Below, one piece after another: positions 56,376 to 64,000 of a DNA stretch of 64,000 bases. A program made the translations under genes and the position numbers. The notes below the pieces were generated by a model, which was not told where the DNA came from, searched no databases, and worked only from the letters and a program-made list of their open reading frames with translations. The stretch comes from an uncultured virus (IMG/VR IMGVR_UViG_3300037418_002259) (Duplodnaviria; Heunggongvirae; Uroviricota; Caudoviricetes), in the IMG/VR virus record IMGVR_UViG_3300037418_002259; one strand, 5' to 3'. Positions within the stretch are counted from its first letter, which is position 1. Every line of letters starts with the position of its first letter.

Positions 56376-56602
56376 CACTCCCCCGACTGGACGCTGACTG
56401 GCGTCGCCTAGCAGCCTGTCCCTGACGGCAGACGGGGAGTCGACGCCCCAGCCGTTAGGGACAGGCCCGTACGGCGTCTGGTGGCATGGCCCTGGTGTGG
56501 CGCGTCGAGGGAAGTGCCTTTGGCCGTCCGCTCGATGTGCGGATGGGCGGACGACGTCCGTCTACATCGCCCGAGGCGCGCCACCCACGCCGGATCTGAA
56601 TT

Positions 56603-56677
56603 CGTATACCCGCTTAGCTTGCGCCATGACGCTAAGCGGGTATACGCTTGCGTCATCGGGTCGAAGAGCAGCGGCCC
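56603..56677 (+). promoter_or_regulatory. class-B promoter with perfect inverted operator pair plus hairpin
   Basis: CGTATACCCGCTTAGC-N12-GCTAAGCGGGTATACG; TTGCGC-18-TACGCT; hairpin at 56658-77. Confidence 0.8.
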
Positions 56678-56697
56678 CAGACCGAGGAGACACCACG

Positions 56698-57480
56698 ATG
56701 GACCTGACCACCGCCACCCCCGTCGAGATCGACACCAAACTGGCCGAGATCTCCGAAGAGGTCCGCAGCGCCCAGGTGATCGCAACGGCCGCATGGAACA
56801 GCGTCGTCCGAGCCGCCACCAAGTACGTCGGCAAGGAAGGCAAGTTCGAGCGGGTCGGCCGCAAGACGGTCGCGATGCGCGCCACCGACGAGGAGATCCA
56901 GACCGCGCTGGTCGAGGCCGCCGAGTTCGAGGGCCAAGACATCTGCGCGATGGAGACGGCGGAGCAGCGAGTCAAGGCGTGGAACGGGCTGGACCTGGTC
57001 GAGGCGCAAGTCAGGTTCGAGGAGGCTGCCGACAAGGTTGCCGCGATCAAGGTGACCGCGCTGCCGTACGACGCCGAGTTCACCCGGCGCGGCGGCTGGT
57101 CCCGGTTCTTCCTGGTGACCAGCTCCGACGGGCACATCCACTCATCGATGAACTGCTCGACCTGCAACCCGCGCACAACGTACGCCTGGTACCCCGAGTT
57201 CTCTGGCCAGACCATGGCCGAGGCGATCGCCGCCTGGGACGAGCGAGGCTCCGCCGAGGTCCTGTGCACCACCTGCTTCCCCGACGCCCCCACCCCGCGG
57301 ACACAGAAGCCGGTCGAGGACGGCGTGTGCCCCGGCTCTGGCACCTGGGACTACCCGGCCGAGACCGCCCGCAAGGGGTACGCCGCTGGAAACTACGGCG
57401 TCTGCCGCCACTGCGGCACCGCGATCACGATCAGCTCGACCGGCAAGATGCGGAAGCACAAGACCCCGAAGGCAGCCTGA
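56698..57480 (+). CDS. hypothetical Cys/His-rich phage protein
   Basis: Promoter, hairpin and RBS; GWSRFFLV...GHIH..M.CSTC, LCT.CFP.AP. Confidence 0.75.
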   Translation: MDLTTATPVEIDTKLAEISEEVRSAQVIATAAWNSVVRAATKYVGKEGKFERVGRKTVAMRATDEEIQTALVEAAEFEGQDICAMETAEQRVKAWNGLDLVEAQVRFEEAADKVAAIKVTALPYDAEFTRRGGWSRFFLVTSSDGHIHSSMNCSTCNPRTTYAWYPEFSGQTMAEAIAAWDERGSAEVLCTTCFPDAPTPRTQKPVEDGVCPGSGTWDYPAETARKGYAAGNYGVCRHCGTAITISSTGKMRKHKTPKAA

Positions 57481-57485
57481 TCCCC

Positions 57486-57511
57486 GGCCGCCCGGCACCA
57501 GCCGGGCGGCC
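57486..57511 (+). terminator. hairpin terminator
   Basis: 11-bp IR ggccgcccggc/gccgggcggcc. Confidence 0.55.
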
Positions 57512-57534
57512 CCCTCCCCGTTGGAGACCTAGCA

Positions 57535-57702
57535 ATGAAGACCTGGACCTGCCTCGGCTGCGACCGTGAGAACCCCGAATGGGCATTCGAGTGCGGCGGC
57601 TGCGGGCGCTGTAGTGAATGCGGCCAGATCCTCCCGACCGTGCCGGACCCACGCGAAACGTTCGACCTGCGGCAGCCGCACCGGCGAACCCACCTCGACT
57701 AA
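57535..57702 (+). CDS. 55-aa zinc-ribbon protein (not in the ORF track)
   Basis: RBS GGAGAC; WTCLGC...ECGGCGRCSEC. Confidence 0.6.
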   Translation: MKTWTCLGCDRENPEWAFECGGCGRCSECGQILPTVPDPRETFDLRQPHRRTHLD

Positions 57703-57752
57703 CCACCACTCCCCCGCGACGAGCACCGCGACCACACAGGAGACTGAGCACC

Positions 57753-58160
57753 ATGACCGCACTGAAACTGTTCGCCGGCACCGCAGTCTGGGTCCCCAAC
57801 GCCTGGAAGCGGCGCGTGACGGACGGCCCGCACTCGCAGCTTGACGTCGTTATCGTGGCCGCTTCCAAGGCAGGAGCGATCGAACTGCTGACCGGGATCG
57901 GCGAGCATGACAGCGCGGCCCAGGCCATCGCCCGCGCCTGCAGGTGGCAGCGCGACCACATGAGCAATCCGGTCCGCGATCTGGTGGACGCGAAAGTCGT
58001 CGACATGGACCAGGCCGGGATCTACGTGTGGAAGCGGTACGCGAAGGACAACCCCGTCGCTCGCATCGACGCGCCCGGGATGCCGATCGTCGGCCACTTC
58101 CGCATCGCGAAGGGCGAGCGTGGCTCGTGGTCGATGTACGCCGAGAAGGTGTCGGCATGA
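57753..58160 (+). CDS. hypothetical protein
   Basis: Hairpin plus AGGAGAC RBS. Confidence 0.7.
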   Translation: MTALKLFAGTAVWVPNAWKRRVTDGPHSQLDVVIVAASKAGAIELLTGIGEHDSAAQAIARACRWQRDHMSNPVRDLVDAKVVDMDQAGIYVWKRYAKDNPVARIDAPGMPIVGHFRIAKGERGSWSMYAEKVSA

Positions 58161-58738
58161 CGATGCAGACCGCTCGCCCGATCGAGCACATCCAGGTCTC
58201 GACCATGACCCGCCCGTTGGGGTGGATCCTCGACTTCGCCCGGCCCGACCACCGACGCCATCTGGACATGGATCAGCCCTACCAGCGCGGCGACGTGTGG
58301 GGGCTCACCCGCCGGCGGAACCTCATCCGCTCGATGCTGCTCGGCGTGCCGATCCCGAGCCTGGTCGTCAACGACCGGTTCAGCGCACGGTTCCGCGAGC
58401 CCGGCTACGACCAGGACCGCAACTGGGCGTACGCGCTCGTCGACGGCAAGCAGCGCGCCACCACGTGGCTGATGTTCGTCGCCGACGAGTTCTCGGTGCC
58501 GGCGTCGTGGTTCGCTGAGGGAGTCTTGCGCGGCGAGGACACTGACGATGGCCCGTATGTGCGGCACAGCGGGCTCTCCGAGAGCATGCAGCGGATGTTT
58601 GACACGATGCCGATTGGGGTCGCGGAGGGCCGGTTTAAGACGCTCGAAGCTGAGCGGTACATCTTCGACCTGGTGAACTTCGGTGGCGTCGCCCAGGGCG
58701 AGAGTGACGACGACTTGGTGGTTCCCGAGGCGCGGTGA
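58157..58738 (+). CDS. stand-alone DUF262 (ParB/Srx-like, GmrS-type) domain protein
   Basis: YQRG.VW, LI.S...G.PIP and VDGKQR motifs. Confidence 0.8.
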   Translation: MTMQTARPIEHIQVSTMTRPLGWILDFARPDHRRHLDMDQPYQRGDVWGLTRRRNLIRSMLLGVPIPSLVVNDRFSARFREPGYDQDRNWAYALVDGKQRATTWLMFVADEFSVPASWFAEGVLRGEDTDDGPYVRHSGLSESMQRMFDTMPIGVAEGRFKTLEAERYIFDLVNFGGVAQGESDDDLVVPEAR

Positions 58739-58755
58739 CTTGTCGGTAACTTGGC

Positions 58756-58812
58756 TTGCGTGGAACGCTAAGCGGGTATACGCTCTTCCTTGTCGCCGGA
58801 AGAGCAGCCGGC
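58756..58812 (+). promoter_or_regulatory. class-B promoter plus hairpin
   Basis: TTGCGT-17-TACGCT; hairpin at 58795-812. Confidence 0.8.
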
Positions 58813-58830
58813 CCAACTCAGGGAGACCAA

Positions 58831-59391
58831 ATGAACGTCACCAGCACCTGCGCGATCCTCGCCTCCGACTTCTCGCCGTCGACCACTGACAAGCTCCGGC
58901 GCAACTGGTCGGTCGGCAAGATGGCTCACGTGATCGCCGCGCTCGATGGCGCGCCCGTGGCCATCACCACGGACCGCCAGACCGGGCACACCCTGGTCGG
59001 CGTCCAGCTGATCAGCGCCTTCCAGGGCGGCGCTGGTCGGGGCCCCCGCGTCCAGGTGCGCATGACGCACACGGACGGCACCACGCAGGACACCAACTAC
59101 TACCTGTGGAATGTCGGCGAGGCCATCATCCCGATGGAGCGCGCCGAGGGCTCTGACGCGAAGTGGAAGGCGCTCGAATCGTTCCGCAGGCAGTGCTCCG
59201 AGGCGATCAAGGCCGCGCAGGAAGAGCACGGCGAGAGCGAGGGCCGCGCCTGGGGATCGTGGGAAGCCACCCCGATCGACGCGACCTCGGTCGGCGTCCG
59301 CTACACCCCGAGCACCGGCAACCCCGCGTTCGCCGACCGGTGGGGTACCCGGTGGAGCGGCAATGTTCGCACCGAGGCAGTGACCGCCTGA
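58831..59391 (+). CDS. hypothetical protein
   Basis: Promoter, hairpin and GGGAGAC RBS. Confidence 0.7.
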   Translation: MNVTSTCAILASDFSPSTTDKLRRNWSVGKMAHVIAALDGAPVAITTDRQTGHTLVGVQLISAFQGGAGRGPRVQVRMTHTDGTTQDTNYYLWNVGEAIIPMERAEGSDAKWKALESFRRQCSEAIKAAQEEHGESEGRAWGSWEATPIDATSVGVRYTPSTGNPAFADRWGTRWSGNVRTEAVTA

Positions 59392-59403
59392 TCCCCCACC
59401 CCT

Positions 59404-59441
59404 GAAGCGCCCGCTCCCCTTCCCCGGGGGCGGGCGCTTTC
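59404..59441 (+). terminator. hairpin terminator
   Basis: gaagcgcccgctccc/gggggcgggcgcttt. Confidence 0.65.
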
Positions 59442-59448
59442 GCGTGCT

Positions 59449-59482
59449 CGACGCGACGCTAAGCAGGCACCTGCCCGAGACT
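59449..59482 (+). promoter_or_regulatory. class-A promoter
   Basis: CGACGCGACGCTAA-N14-GAGACT. Confidence 0.7.
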
Positions 59483-59515
59483 CCGGAACGAACCACCTTC
59501 ACCCCGGAGGCCCCG

Positions 59516-60016
59516 ATGACAACCCACCAGACCCCGCCGAACGCCGCGACCACACCTGAGGTCTGGCGTGCCATGGTCAACGCGAACAACGACTCGGCCG
59601 CGACCGACCCGGTCGACTGGGTCGAGACGACCGCGCCGCACTACTCCCCGCGGGGCCGGCACCGGTGGCTGTGGCACCTCGCGATCCCCCTCGGCGAGGT
59701 CCGGCCCGGTGGCGGCGTACAGGAGATCACCGCCCGGTCCGGCACCGCGCTCACGCAAGCCGGCGCGAAACGCAAGATCGGCCGCCTGGCCAGCAGGCAC
59801 TTCGCCGAGGCAGCCGGACGCGACCCGCACGGCCCCATGCTCGACGCGGTACGGCACTGGTCGCTGTTCGCTCTGCTCGTCACCGGTGTCGCGCTGATCC
59901 TGATGACGGCAGGCTGCACCCCGTCGACGCTGGGCGTGCTGGTCATGGTCGCCGCGATCGTCGGCATCGCAGCGACGCTGGCGAAGTCGCACCGCGCCCA
60001 CACCCGCCGTACGTGA
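59516..60016 (+). CDS. membrane protein with two C-terminal TMs
   Basis: RBS GGAGG; class-A promoter upstream. Confidence 0.65.
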   Translation: MTTHQTPPNAATTPEVWRAMVNANNDSAATDPVDWVETTAPHYSPRGRHRWLWHLAIPLGEVRPGGGVQEITARSGTALTQAGAKRKIGRLASRHFAEAAGRDPHGPMLDAVRHWSLFALLVTGVALILMTAGCTPSTLGVLVMVAAIVGIAATLAKSHRAHTRRT

Positions 60017-60091
60017 ATGCAAAGCGTGTGTACAGCGCGGCGGGATCGGCCTACTGTGTAGAGGACAGCCCTACACGTAGGCAGGTGCACC

Positions 60092-60292
60092 GTGCCGAAG
60101 CTGATGACGACCGCCGACCTCCCCGCCACCTTCCGCGCCGACTTCACCAACCCGATCGCGCTGCGCGCCGTACGCGCCTCCAAGCTGCGTCTCGACCTGG
60201 AGCGCTGCGAGCACGGCCGCACCGACTGCCCGTCCTGCGTGATCGAGGCCGCCCGGCAACTGGTGGCCGACGCGGAGCAACCGGCAACCTGA
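60092..60292 (+). CDS. small hypothetical protein (CEHGR..CPSC)
   Basis: RBS AGGTG; followed by a terminator. Confidence 0.55.
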   Translation: MPKLMTTADLPATFRADFTNPIALRAVRASKLRLDLERCEHGRTDCPSCVIEAARQLVADAEQPAT

Positions 60293-60303
60293 CCCCTGCA
60301 ACA

Positions 60304-60340
60304 GAACGCCCCGCGATCCCTGGTGGATTGCGGGGCGTTC
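60304..60340 (+). terminator. hairpin terminator
   Basis: gaacgccccgcgatcc/ggattgcggggcgttc. Confidence 0.7.
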
Positions 60341-60343
60341 ATA

Positions 60344-60400
60344 TTGCCACCAATGCTAAGGGTGTGTACGCTCGTGTTGTGGTCGGAAGAGCAGCCGACC
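60344..60400 (+). promoter_or_regulatory. class-B promoter plus hairpin
   Basis: TTGCCA-17-TACGCT; hairpin at 60381-400. Confidence 0.8.
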
Positions 60401-60420
60401 CTCACCCAAGGAGACCCACC

Positions 60421-60570
60421 ATGAACAGCTTGCCGACCCGCACCGTCCGCTCCGTCACCCGCGACAGCCGCCGTACCTGCTTCGGCCGGCGCGCCACTGG
60501 CCGCAACCTCCTGGCCGGTCGCAGCAACGCCAACCGCGCTGCCATCGCCGCCTCGCTGGCCGGGTTCTGA
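60421..60570 (+). CDS. 49-aa Arg-rich peptide
   Basis: Class-B promoter, hairpin and AAGGAGAC RBS. Confidence 0.65.
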   Translation: MNSLPTRTVRSVTRDSRRTCFGRRATGRNLLAGRSNANRAAIAASLAGF

Positions 60571-60575
60571 TCCCC

Positions 60576-61016
60576 GTGACCACCCGCGAAAAGCTGGCAA
60601 CGGTCATCCCGTTGCCAGCCGCGCCCCGGGCACCCCGCGAGCGCACAACCTCACCCGTCGACCTCACCCTTGAGGTCGACCGGGTGAAGTTGCGTCGCCA
60701 CGTGACGGCCGCGCTCCTGCGACACGGAGCCGACGGCCTCCGCGGCGACTGCTACTGCGGACTTCACCCCCGCTCCCTCCGGATGCACATGGCGTCGGCC
60801 GTCTCGATCGAGACCCACCTCCCCCGGTCGTACGTCGCCCCGCTCATGGAGAGGCACCGCAACGCGGTCGGCGTCACCGATCTCGTCTGCGACTGCGGTA
60901 CGACGTACACCCCGAGCGACTACGGCCGCGAACAGCACCTCGCGGCCGCGATCGTTGCCGACATTCCAGCAGATGGCGTACGCCGTGCGCTTGACGCGAT
61001 CCGAGCAGGAGACTGA
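60576..61016 (+). CDS. hypothetical Cys/His protein
   Basis: Two C.CG...H repeats. Confidence 0.6.
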   Translation: MTTREKLATVIPLPAAPRAPRERTTSPVDLTLEVDRVKLRRHVTAALLRHGADGLRGDCYCGLHPRSLRMHMASAVSIETHLPRSYVAPLMERHRNAVGVTDLVCDCGTTYTPSDYGREQHLAAAIVADIPADGVRRALDAIRAGD

Positions 61017-61021
61017 CCACC

Positions 61022-61792
61022 ATGAACCCCGTCACCGCCACCACCCCGAAGGGTTCCCCTGTCGGGACTGCGAAGGGCATCGTTCACTTGCTCGACTACA
61101 CCTACGCGGACCGGCTGACGCCGACTGCAAACGTGGTCGTCGTCAAGGTGATCGGCCTGTGCCGGTCAGTGCTGCGTGGAAAGCCTGTCGAGCGTCCCAA
61201 CTCCGAGCCGACCTGCCAGGACTGCATCGACGAGCGCGACTCCCGCGCCGCGCAGCAGGCTGGATTCGAGCACAATGTGTACGCCCGGCGCGTCCCGCTC
61301 GGGCATTCCCCGGTCGCAGGCAACAACGCGATGCGGTACGGCTCCGAGGTTGTCTGTGCCAGCCACCCCAAGGCCAACGGCCGCCCGTCCGTCGTGTGGT
61401 CCAAGAACGAGTCCGGCCATCTCCGGGAGGCCGAGAAGATCGCCCGGCAGCACTACGTGGAGGCGTACCGCGAAAGCCTCGCAGCCAAGGCCGTACCCGA
61501 GCCCGTGACCGCGATCGAGCCGGCGCGCCTGGTCGAACTCCGCACCGAGGGACAAGCGAAGGCCAGCCAGTTCGTGGACCCGCACGTGCTGCACAACATG
61601 ACCGCCGTACTGGCAAAGCGCGGCGAGACGTGGGCCGCCGCGATCCTCGGCCGAGACATCTCCCGCCGCAGCCTCGCCATCCCGGCGATGCCGTGGCTGC
61701 GGAACGGCGAGGAGTACACCCTGGTCGCGGCCGACGTCGAAGAGGACAAGGCACGGTTCGACCAGATCATCGGCTCAGAGACCGGAGACTGA
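61022..61792 (+). CDS. hypothetical protein
   Basis: RBS AGGAGAC. Confidence 0.7.
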   Translation: MNPVTATTPKGSPVGTAKGIVHLLDYTYADRLTPTANVVVVKVIGLCRSVLRGKPVERPNSEPTCQDCIDERDSRAAQQAGFEHNVYARRVPLGHSPVAGNNAMRYGSEVVCASHPKANGRPSVVWSKNESGHLREAEKIARQHYVEAYRESLAAKAVPEPVTAIEPARLVELRTEGQAKASQFVDPHVLHNMTAVLAKRGETWAAAILGRDISRRSLAIPAMPWLRNGEEYTLVAADVEEDKARFDQIIGSETGD

Positions 61793-61795
61793 CCG

Positions 61796-62053
61796 ATGTG
61801 TGACCCTAATGCTGGTTTGCGGAAGAGCCTCGCTGAGTCGCCGTTGGCCGCTGCCATGGTGGATGGACGTGAGCCCGACGCAGCCCGCAACGCGGCGCTG
61901 CTGCACGAGGTCGCCGACACCATCCCGGATGCGGCCGGACATGACGAGGTCCACGCCGCTGGCGCGTATGCCGCGATGCGGGCCGGGCTGCCGTACAACC
62001 GCGACTACCTCGACCGGTGGCTCGACGAACTGCTGAAGAAGCACCGGCCATGA
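61796..62053 (+). CDS. hypothetical protein
   Basis: RBS GGAGAC. Confidence 0.6.
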   Translation: MCDPNAGLRKSLAESPLAAAMVDGREPDAARNAALLHEVADTIPDAAGHDEVHAAGAYAAMRAGLPYNRDYLDRWLDELLKKHRP

Positions 62054-62403
62054 GCGGCCTCGGACTGACTGACCCGCAGATGCGTGCCCTGCAAGCCGTG
62101 TACGACCTGTCCGGCGAGCACGAGGGCCGCTGCGAGATGGTCAGCCCGAGGCAGGTCGCGCTGCGACTCTGGCCGGACTCCCCCGCGTGGGATCGCCGGC
62201 CACGCCGCCAGGATGGCCACTTCGGTGGCCGGGGCGGCACGATGCCGATGAAGGCCGGGAAACTGCTGTGGCACCTACACAGCCGCGGACTGGCCCGGCG
62301 ACACGAGAAACGCAACCTGTGGTCGCTGACCGCGCTCGGCTTGGACACTGTCCAGACCGCGCGGTCAGCGCTCACGCTCCCGATCCCGGAGACCACCCGA
62401 TGA
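62050..62403 (+). CDS. wHTH-like hypothetical protein
   Basis: LTD.Q.RAL..V...LHSRGL......WSLT.LG. Confidence 0.6.
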   Translation: MSGLGLTDPQMRALQAVYDLSGEHEGRCEMVSPRQVALRLWPDSPAWDRRPRRQDGHFGGRGGTMPMKAGKLLWHLHSRGLARRHEKRNLWSLTALGLDTVQTARSALTLPIPETTR

Positions 62404-64000
62404 CCCTCAAGCTCGCGCCGGACTTCACCATGCCCGACCAGGCCGTCACAGAGACCTTCGGCATCCTCGCCGTACGACGCTCCGGCAAATCGAACGCCGC
62501 CGTCGTCATAGCTGAGGAGATGTACCACGCCGGGCTGCCGTGGGTCGCGATCGACCCCAAGGGCGACTGGTGGGGCATGCGTTCGTCCGGCGACGGCAAG
62601 AAGCCCGGCCTGTCCGTGCTCGTGTTCGGAGGCGACCACGCCGACGTGCCGCTGGAGCCGACAGGCGGCGAGCTGGTCGCGGACCTGATCGTCGACCAGC
62701 GCATCACCTGCATCCTCGACATCTCGGAGATGATCAAGGCCGAGCAGACCCGGTTCCTGCTGGCGTTCGCGAACCGCCTCTACAAGCGCAACCGGAAGCC
62801 GCTGCACGTGTTCTGCGAGGAAGCCGACGAGTACATCCCGCAGCAGGTGCTCGGCGAGGACGCCAAGGTCGTGCGGGCGTTCGAGATCCTGATCAAGCGC
62901 GGCGGCCACCGAGGGATCGGGTCGACGCTGATCACGCAGCGGTCCGCGTCGCTGAACAACAACGTGCTCACGCAGGTCGAGACGCTGTTCGCGATGCGCA
63001 CGCTCGGAACGTCGGACCGGAAGGCCGTGAAGGACTGGGCGACCGGCCACGACACCGGCGTCGACGTCGTCGCCGAGCTGCCGCACCTCCACCAGGGCGA
63101 GGCGTGGGTGTTCTCCCCGCACTTCCTGCAGACCGTGCAGAAGATCCAGTTCCGTCGACGCCGCACGTTCGACTCCGGAGCTACCCCGAAGGTAGGCCAG
63201 GAGATCATCACCCCGACCCGTCGCGCCGACGTCGACCTCGCCGCGATCCGCGACGCGATGGCAGAGACGATCGAACGCGCCCAGGAGAACGACCCCGCCG
63301 AGCTGCGCCGGCGGAACGCTGCACTCGAGCGGAAGCTCGCGGACGCGCTGCGGCAACTGAAGCAGATCACGCCGCCGAAGCCGATCGAGGTCAAGGTCCC
63401 CGTGCTCACGGACGAGATGCGGGAGTCGATGCTGGCCGCGTCCGAGCGCATCGGCGAGCGGGTAGCTGCCGTGATGGCCGAGGCGCAGGAACAGATCGCT
63501 GCGGCAGTCGCCCCGGTCGTGGAAGCGCTCCGGACAGCCAAGATCCCCACCGTGCCGTCACCGAACATGGTCAAGCCGCCGCGACTTCCATCTGTCCGCC
63601 CGGTCGACGTCACACCGCGCGTCATCGACGCCACCAAGCCGGACACGGTCCACCTGGAAGGCGCTGGAGCGCGCCGAATGGTCGAGGCGCTGGGCCGGAT
63701 GGCTCCGCTCCGGCTGACGAAAGCTCAGTGGGGCACTGTCTCGCACATGAAGACCAGCGGCGGCACCTGGTCGACGTACCTGAGCCGGATCCGTCAGCTC
63801 GGGTTCCTCGACGAGAACGCCGCCGGTTACACGCTCACCGATGCCGGGTTCGACTACCTCGGCGGCCGGCCCGAGCCGATGACCGCTGCCGAACTGCAGG
63901 ACCACTACCGCACGATCCTGCGCGCCGGGGCCGCGAAGATGCTCGACGCGCTGCTCGACGCCTACCCGCACGCGCTGACCAAAGACCAGCTCGGCGAGGC
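62400..64000 (+). CDS. HerA/FtsK-like (DUF87) ATPase with coiled coil and wHTH-like C-terminus, 3' truncated (absent from the ORF track)
   Basis: ATGA overlap; AVRRSGKS Walker A, IDPKGDW, FCEEAD Walker B, ITQRSA; frame open to the window end. Confidence 0.8.
   Translation, partial: MTLKLAPDFTMPDQAVTETFGILAVRRSGKSNAAVVIAEEMYHAGLPWVAIDPKGDWWGMRSSGDGKKPGLSVLVFGGDHADVPLEPTGGELVADLIVDQRITCILDISEMIKAEQTRFLLAFANRLYKRNRKPLHVFCEEADEYIPQQVLGEDAKVVRAFEILIKRGGHRGIGSTLITQRSASLNNNVLTQVETLFAMRTLGTSDRKAVKDWATGHDTGVDVVAELPHLHQGEAWVFSPHFLQTVQKIQFRRRRTFDSGATPKVGQEIITPTRRADVDLAAIRDAMAETIERAQENDPAELRRRNAALERKLADALRQLKQITPPKPIEVKVPVLTDEMRESMLAASERIGERVAAVMAEAQEQIAAAVAPVVEALRTAKIPTVPSPNMVKPPRLPSVRPVDVTPRVIDATKPDTVHLEGAGARRMVEALGRMAPLRLTKAQWGTVSHMKTSGGTWSTYLSRIRQLGFLDENAAGYTLTDAGFDYLGGRPEPMTAAELQDHYRTILRAGAAKMLDALLDAYPHALTKDQLGE

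Noticed and set aside
3557..59482. Repeated 14-mer as a CRISPR array or REP/MITE
   Set aside because: Copies are dispersed, oriented with genes and tied to a -10 at fixed spacing; there is no repeat-spacer periodicity.

Overview
This high-GC window is part of a large actinomycete temperate phage, probably a phage-plasmid. Bases 1-33 kb hold a siphovirus virion module: a DarB-like helicase fragment, an HK97 prohead protease fused to a 2H phosphoesterase, an Acb2/Tad1-like protein, a minimal nucleotidyltransferase, the HK97 capsid, neck and decoration genes, major tail, a frameshifting tail chaperone, a tape measure with an NlpC/P60 domain, tail tip genes and holin-like genes. Bases 33-43.5 kb hold recombination and replication genes (RecT, Cas4-like exonuclease, WhiB, a Rep initiator with internal iterons, a DnaC-like loader) plus RtcB. 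Bases 44-55 kb hold a Streptomyces-type conjugation block (GntR/KorSA-like repressor, TraB/FtsK, Spd-like proteins), a Xer-like tyrosine recombinase and a dif-like site. Bases 55-64 kb hold small early-type genes, a DUF262 protein and a HerA-like ATPase. The most distinctive signal is non-coding and has four parts: (1) 11 covarying hairpins with an ANGAGCAS loop, each just upstream of a GGAG(AC) ribosome-binding site of a non-structural gene; (2) 17 copies of a CGACGCGACNYTAA-N14-(-10) promoter; (3) a second promoter/operator class, GCTAAGSGNGTRTACGC; (4) several promoter-linked structured RNAs, including an anticodon-less tRNA mimic. All family calls come from motif recognition by eye; no database searches were run.
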